Origin: an uncultured bacterium
GTDB lineage: Bacteria > Actinomycetota > Acidimicrobiia > Spongiisociales > UBA5794
Assembly: GCA_963801165.1 (NCBI GenBank)
Contig: CAWDDT010000005.1
Location: forward strand, 480,001 to 544,000
Length of the DNA stretch: 64,000 bases
Reading direction: 5' to 3'
Position 1 is the stretch's first letter. Each line of letters starts with the position of its first letter. The notes beneath the pieces were generated by a model that saw only the letters and a program-made list of their open reading frames with translations, did not search any database and was not told the DNA's origin. Shown here piece after piece: positions 58,646 through 64,000 of the stretch. Both the position numbers and the translations under genes were made by a program.

Positions 58646-58803
58646 GAGGGTGGCCTGAGATTTCGAGGTCCGGCTATGAGTAGCCGGAGCCATGTGAATG
58701 AGTAGACGAGATCGCGTCAGATTCCCGTACTTTGCGGGCCGGGACTTGGCGACGGGAGCGCGTCGGTCCTGAGACACAGACCTTCCCGATCTGGAGGAAA
58801 GAT

Positions 58804-60636
58804 ATGAGACGTTTGGTCAAGGCTCTGGCGACGATCGGGATAGTGCTCGGCATGGTCACTCCGGCTAGCGCCGCAACTCAGTCTGTCACCAGGGTCAGCG
58901 AGTCGGCCGATGGAACCTTGACCGGAGGCGGGTCGGTCGGTCCCGGGAATCGGATGGCGGTCTCCGACGATGGCCGGTACGTCGCCTTCGAGTCTTCATC
59001 TGCACTGGATTCCGGCGACACCAACAGTGTCGACGATGTCTATCTCAAGGATATGCAGACCGCGGAGCTGACCAGAGTGAGCGTCTCGTCTGGCGGGGCA
59101 TTGGCCAACGGGAGCAGCGGCACCGACACCATCGACATCTCCAATGACGGGCGCTATGTCCTCTTCAATTCCAACGCCTCCAATCTCGTCACCGGAGACA
59201 CCAACTCCGATGAAGACATGTTCATCTACGATCGTCAGACCGGAAACACCGAGAGGATCCTTCGCAGCGACGGGCTCGAGAGTGCCGGCTTTGCCCGCGA
59301 AGGCTCGCTGTCGGGCAATGGGAGCTACGTTGCGTTTTCCGGCAGAGGTTACGACGGTGCATCAGGGTCGAGCTCGCCGGGGACCTTCGTGTGGGATCGC
59401 GTCGCCAAGACGACGGAGCGTCTCACCGACGGGTCCAACTTCACCGGCTCCACCGAGGCGCAGTTTGCTGCGATCTCGGACGACGGTCGCTATGTGGCGT
59501 TCGTCACGAGCGAATTCAACAGCAATAACGATGTGATCCTGTTCGATCGCAACAGCGACACCTGGGAGGTGGCCAACCCCCGCATCGGAGGAGAGGCCCC
59601 CCAGGACAGGCAGGTAGGGGTCTCGATATCGGGAAACGGCAGATTCGTTGCCTTTGGCGCCGTTTCCACGAACTACGTGGCTGGAGACGCGCCGAATACC
59701 AACGACGTGTTTGTGTACGACTCCAACACCGATTCATTGGAGCGGATACCAGGCGAAGGAGTCGGAGGCAACCGAACCTATCCGGTGCTCTCCGATGATG
59801 GCCGTTATGTCACATTCGCCGACTGGACCGACGTCTATGGGGCGGCCAACGGTCGGGTCGATGTGGTTTTGTACGACCGTCAAACTGACGACGCCGAGAT
59901 CATGTCGCTCAACAGCGATGGTTCCCCGGCTGATCGCTCCAGCGGACACCTCAGCAAGGACGCCATGAGCGGCGATGCTCGATTCGTTGCTTTCTCGTCT
60001 CAGTGGGACTTCTATGACGAGTCACCGTCGGACACCAACGTCTGGCTCACCGACCGGGAGGGCCTCACTGCTCGCCCCGGTGAGTGCACTGACGGTTTCA
60101 CGGATGTGGACGGCGGCAACGTGTTCGCGGCGGACATCTGCTGGTTGGCCAACCAGGGAATCACCAAGGGATGCAACCCGCCGGCCAACACCGAGTTCTG
60201 TCCCAAGGATGAGGTGACGAGGGGTCAGATGGCGGCGTTTTTGGTGCGTGCCCTGGGCTACACCGACAACGGTGGAGGCAACCTGTTCATCGACGACGAC
60301 GGTTCGGTGTTCGAAGGTGACATCGACCGTCTCGGAACGGCGGGAGTGACCAAGGGATGCAACCCGCCCACAAACGACCGGTTCTGTCCCAACGACAACG
60401 TGACCAGGGGTCAGATGGCGGCGTTTTTGGTGCGTGCCCTGGGCTACACCGACAACGGTGGAGGCAACCTGTTCATCGACGACGACGGTTCGGTGTTCGA
60501 AGGTGACATCGACCGTCTCGGAACGGCGGGAGTGACCAAGGGATGCAACCCGCCCACAAACGACCGGTTCTGTCCCAACGACTTCGTCACCCGTGAACAG
60601 ATGGCCGCCTTCCTGAGACGAGCCCTGGACAAATAG
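58804..60636 (+). CDS. Secreted TolB/PD40-like beta-propeller protein with three C-terminal SLH domains
   Basis: Signal peptide (PASA); repeated SxDGRYVxF and GDTN..DVY; 3x SLH with GCNPP..FCP...VTR(G/E)QMAAFL. Confidence 0.85.
   Translation: MRRLVKALATIGIVLGMVTPASAATQSVTRVSESADGTLTGGGSVGPGNRMAVSDDGRYVAFESSSALDSGDTNSVDDVYLKDMQTAELTRVSVSSGGALANGSSGTDTIDISNDGRYVLFNSNASNLVTGDTNSDEDMFIYDRQTGNTERILRSDGLESAGFAREGSLSGNGSYVAFSGRGYDGASGSSSPGTFVWDRVAKTTERLTDGSNFTGSTEAQFAAISDDGRYVAFVTSEFNSNNDVILFDRNSDTWEVANPRIGGEAPQDRQVGVSISGNGRFVAFGAVSTNYVAGDAPNTNDVFVYDSNTDSLERIPGEGVGGNRTYPVLSDDGRYVTFADWTDVYGAANGRVDVVLYDRQTDDAEIMSLNSDGSPADRSSGHLSKDAMSGDARFVAFSSQWDFYDESPSDTNVWLTDREGLTARPGECTDGFTDVDGGNVFAADICWLANQGITKGCNPPANTEFCPKDEVTRGQMAAFLVRALGYTDNGGGNLFIDDDGSVFEGDIDRLGTAGVTKGCNPPTNDRFCPNDNVTRGQMAAFLVRALGYTDNGGGNLFIDDDGSVFEGDIDRLGTAGVTKGCNPPTNDRFCPNDFVTREQMAAFLRRALDK
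60220..60582. repeat. Exact internal duplication (177 bp, period 186) of an SLH module
   Basis: 60220-60396 is identical to 60406-60582 by eye. Confidence 0.9.
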
Positions 60637-60642
60637 CACGTA

Positions 60643-60670
60643 CGGTGGGCCCAGCTGGATTTGAACCAAC
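60643..60670 (-). mobile_element. tRNA-Ile-like 3'-end remnant (att-like scar)
   Basis: Minus strand GTTGG-TTCAAAT-CCAGC-TGGGCCC-A-CCG: a complete T-arm, acceptor 3' strand and discriminator, with no 5' half. Confidence 0.75.
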
Positions 60671-60935
60671 GGCAGAGCCTCTATGGAGATGCCGCCGTCG
60701 CGGTTCGCCCGGTTCAGGACGAGTGCAATCGTCCTGCATGCCCCGAGCGCATAGCGTTCGCCCAGAGGAACTTCATCCACGACCTGGAACAACGGAAGGA
60801 AAATCTCACATGCTTGTTCAATAGACTCTCGCGCTCTGCCCAGTTGTTAACTTGGTCGGTCCCGCGTGAGTTGCGAAAGCTGTCGAGGGGCGACCGAGGG
60901 AGCGGCTCCAGAGATGTGCATGCTCCTCATGCCAG

Positions 60936-63464
60936 CTACTCCGCTCCGTCCATCGTTGAGCTCAGGACGGTGACAGTCCCTGCTGACCCGTCTACTGTCA
61001 CGATCTGGCCATCGCGAAGTAACTCGGTGCCATGGGCAGTAGCGACCACGGCAGGGATCCGGTACTCGCGAGCGATGATTGCAGGATGGGAGAGTACGCC
61101 ACCGGAGTCCGTGACCACCGCTCCCAAACTGGGGAACAAGACCGACCAGGTGGGTTGCGTTACCGGGCAGACTACGACATCTCCCTCACGGATCTTGGCG
61201 AACTCGTGCTCCCCCATGACAACGCGAACCGTGCCCGTGTAGGTGCCCGGGGAAGCGGCCACACCCCGGATCTTGCCGGGTTCGCTCTGCAGCGAGCCGG
61301 GATCGATATTGGCGCCCATCATCCAGAACAAGGCCTCTGTGGTGTCGCGCACCTCTGCCGGTAGGAACCTCAACGATGGGGGCGGACCGGGGTTCTGCCC
61401 ATATGTGAGGGGACCCGGATGCGCCGCTACCCAGGCCCTTTCGCCCTTGCGTCTCCGGACCTGGTCGTGACGGTCTTCACGTTCCTCGAAAGCCAGACGC
61501 AATTCAGCGTCCTCGAGGAAGAAGACGTCATCGATCTCATTGACCTGACCACGGTCGGCCATTCGGCGTCCCATCTCCATGGCGGCGGTGCGGATGAGGC
61601 CGCCGGGAGTCTGAAGCGCTACGAAGACGTTGTCCTCCCTGACCGGATAGGCGCGTTCGGCCCGGGCCAAGAGCTCCTCGAAGCGGTCACGATCGCCCTC
61701 GGCGATCAGGGAGAGCGCCTCGGCCAGGAGGCTGTCGCGCTGGCGTTGGTTCTCATCATCGACGTCGGATGGGTTGAAGCCAGATGCCAACTGATTGGCC
61801 AACATCTGGAGCAACACCTCGGGACGGTCGGCCAAAGTGGGGTCGGCAAGGTCGCGACTCAGCATCCCCATGGCGTGCGTCCAGCGGTACTCCTCGAATG
61901 CGGTGTGGAACTCCGCATCGGTCTCCGCCAACAGACCATGGGTCTCCGCGCTCACCCGGTCGAGGAGCTCCATGACTCCGGCTTTGGCTGCCGCCAGCCC
62001 AGCCAAGCCGGCGAGCTCGCGGGCGGGCCGGGAGGACCACGTGGAGAGGCCTGTCACCAAGCCAAGTGCCCGCATATCGTCCCAGCCCGGGAGCTCACGC
62101 GCTATGCGTACCATCGGGTAGGTCTCGATGATCACCGCCCCGATGACGTAGAGATGGGATTCGAGTCCGTCGGCGAGGAGGCCGATCGTCTGCTCGTAGT
62201 GAGCGAGCAGCTCAGAATCGTCGAGCGCGGCGACGTCGACGGCCGACAGCTGTCGAGCGCGTCCCATCAAGGCCGGTTGCCACTCCTCCCACCACCGGTC
62301 GATGACCTGTCTCCCTTTCTCTGACCTGACGGCCTCGGTGGCGGTCTTAATCCGCAGACGCAGCACGGGGTGCAGCCGCGCCATGACACCGAGAACGAGA
62401 GCGGGTGGCGGGCGCCGGTCCTTGCCGCCAAGCGGAACGGTTCGGGTGTAGTGCCAACCGCCGATGTCGGTCAGCTCGATACGTTCGGCCAACATCCCGT
62501 ACTCTGCGCACATCCGCGGTGTCACTTCGTTGGCCAGCGGGTAGATGATCGACCTGGACAACGGTGAATTGGGAGCGGGCCAGTGGCTCGCATCGCGTTC
62601 CCAGTAGCCGTCGGGGATGTCCACTGGAACAGGAATGGGTCCCACGGACTCCTCTGGAAGCGCCGTGATCGGACGCGACTGGAGGAGCCAGAGCTTCCCG
62701 GCCTCGATGGCCCACTCGACGTCCTGGGGCAGGTCGAGGAACGCCTCGAGTCTCCTCACCAGGTGGGCGATCCGTCTTGCCTCGATCTCGGTGAGCACCG
62801 AGGGGTCGAGGGAGTGTTGAGCCGGACTCTCGCCGACGATTCTCCATCTCTCGGGAGTTATCTCGCCACTCATGAGTCGATCTCCCAGACCGGCAACTGT
62901 GTCGATTACCACGACGTCACGATCGCCGGTGACCGGATCCACCGAGAAGGCCACCCCTGCCGCGTCGGCGGCGACCTGTCTCTGGATGAGCACGGCCATG
63001 CCCCGATCCTTGGCGCCGTCATCGCGGTAGGAGTGGACTCGGGGTCCGAACGTCGATGCCCAGCATTCTCTCACCGCTGACACAATCTCCTCGGGCCCGT
63101 GGACACCAAGTACGGACTCGTACTGGCCGGCGAACGAGGCGTGTGCGGAGTCCTCATCGGGCGCCGAGGAGCGGACCACGACATCGTGGTCCCCGAGGAT
63201 GGCGGCGGCTTGAATGACGGCCTGCTCCACTGCTGGTGGGATCTGGACCTGTCGTATCGCCTCCGCCGACGCCTCCTGCATTCGGTCGACGGCGAGGTGG
63301 AACGCGGAGACATCGAGCACGATCCCCTGTGGAACGTCGAAACCGGCCTGGGAGAGGCGAGCCAGCGTTGCCGCTTTTCCCCCAGCCCTCTCGGGGCGAG
63401 TGGCCTCCGGATTGCCGAGGGCGAGGAGGAATCGACTTGTGAGGGTCACCTCGGCCCCCATCAT
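60936..63464 (-). CDS. PEP-synthase-related dikinase with rifampin phosphotransferase-like domain order
   Basis: N-terminal ATP-grasp (GGKAATL, VVRSSAPDED, SFAGQY, PQDVEWA, LLQSRPIT); large central domain; C-terminal phospho-His swivel (GGVLSHPAIIAREY). Confidence 0.85.
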   Translation of the reverse strand: MMGAEVTLTSRFLLALGNPEATRPERAGGKAATLARLSQAGFDVPQGIVLDVSAFHLAVDRMQEASAEAIRQVQIPPAVEQAVIQAAAILGDHDVVVRSSAPDEDSAHASFAGQYESVLGVHGPEEIVSAVRECWASTFGPRVHSYRDDGAKDRGMAVLIQRQVAADAAGVAFSVDPVTGDRDVVVIDTVAGLGDRLMSGEITPERWRIVGESPAQHSLDPSVLTEIEARRIAHLVRRLEAFLDLPQDVEWAIEAGKLWLLQSRPITALPEESVGPIPVPVDIPDGYWERDASHWPAPNSPLSRSIIYPLANEVTPRMCAEYGMLAERIELTDIGGWHYTRTVPLGGKDRRPPPALVLGVMARLHPVLRLRIKTATEAVRSEKGRQVIDRWWEEWQPALMGRARQLSAVDVAALDDSELLAHYEQTIGLLADGLESHLYVIGAVIIETYPMVRIARELPGWDDMRALGLVTGLSTWSSRPARELAGLAGLAAAKAGVMELLDRVSAETHGLLAETDAEFHTAFEEYRWTHAMGMLSRDLADPTLADRPEVLLQMLANQLASGFNPSDVDDENQRQRDSLLAEALSLIAEGDRDRFEELLARAERAYPVREDNVFVALQTPGGLIRTAAMEMGRRMADRGQVNEIDDVFFLEDAELRLAFEEREDRHDQVRRRKGERAWVAAHPGPLTYGQNPGPPPSLRFLPAEVRDTTEALFWMMGANIDPGSLQSEPGKIRGVAASPGTYTGTVRVVMGEHEFAKIREGDVVVCPVTQPTWSVLFPSLGAVVTDSGGVLSHPAIIAREYRIPAVVATAHGTELLRDGQIVTVDGSAGTVTVLSSTMDGAE

Positions 63465-63949
63465 CGTCTCGATCGCTGGTCAATCCGGCGCAGTCTGATC
63501 AAGGGGATCTCGCGTGCGATCCAGCTTTGCGCCTGGTTGTAGGTCGGATAGCTCTCGGACAAACGGTTCCAAAGGCTCTCGTACTCGTCGAGACCCACGA
63601 ACTCGGCCCTGGCCTCGAACCTGTCGCCTCGAATTTGCACCAGGCACCGCCGGTCGGAGCGCAGGTTCAATACCCAGGCTGGCGTCGGTTCCAGCCCGCC
63701 GTTGGTTCCGGCCACGACGATCTCCCCGTCTATCTCCATGTGGCCGATCGGGACCGATCTCTCTTCTCCCGAACGTCGACCGGTCGTCGTGAGCAGCAGC
63801 ACCGGTGCGCCCAGCGTCATCCGCGTGGTGCCGAGTCGGCCTCGGGACAGTCGATAGAGGCGGGTGTGAATCGGTGTGAACTTGGGCATGAACCGCTGCA
63901 TCGCCCGCATGGAACGGCTCGGCCTTCCTAGCTGAATCTCTTTCGGCAT
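63461..63949 (-). CDS. Deazaflavin (F420)-dependent nitroreductase family protein
   Basis: LLLTTTGRRSGEER, GTNGG...PAWVLNL, REIPLIRL. Confidence 0.88.
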   Translation of the reverse strand: MPKEIQLGRPSRSMRAMQRFMPKFTPIHTRLYRLSRGRLGTTRMTLGAPVLLLTTTGRRSGEERSVPIGHMEIDGEIVVAGTNGGLEPTPAWVLNLRSDRRCLVQIRGDRFEARAEFVGLDEYESLWNRLSESYPTYNQAQSWIAREIPLIRLRRIDQRSRR

Positions 63950-64000
63950 CGCATCCTCCAGACTCAATAGTCGGTCCGTGTCAATGGTGTCGCAATCGCA

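Noticed and set aside
57652-60670. Intact tRNA genes
   Set aside because: Only 3' portions are present, with no D-arm or anticodon arm.
60661-61242. 193-aa plus-strand ORF after the tRNA scar
   Set aside because: Overlaps the dikinase antisense, starts within the scar and has no protein-like features. A hairpin at 60715-60736 suggests a terminator region instead.

Overview
High-GC actinobacterial chromosome segment, probably class Acidimicrobiia. That placement is inferred from gene order and the SLH-type surface proteins. The left half (1-27.5 kb) is the conserved replication-origin region: cca, rnhA, a PilT-family ATPase, pseudokinase-sigM-antisigma-trxB-trxA-cwlM, parB-parA-rsmG-jag-yidC-yidD-rnpA-rpmH, then dnaA-oriC-dnaN-recF-dciA-gyrB-gyrA-DUF3566. 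It includes parS sites, DnaA boxes and DnaA-trios, and a 1-nt frameshift in a G-run at the GyrA-box of gyrA that is probably an assembly error. The right half (27.5-64 kb) is accessory and rich in exported proteins. It holds a cobalamin riboswitch heading an ECF-type B12 uptake operon with an SLH-anchored surface protein, a P1B-5 ATPase-hemerythrin preceded by DosR-like boxes, many orphan lipoproteins, and a rifampin-phosphotransferase-like enzyme coupled to an F420-dependent reductase. Two tRNA-Ile 3' remnants look like integration scars. The best candidate for an undescribed system is an ECF sigma factor translationally coupled to a membrane-anchored, anti-sigma-like protein whose extracellular part is a complete family-5 (OppA/DppA-type) solute-binding domain with no transporter nearby. 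All assignments come from motif recognition by eye; no database searches were run.
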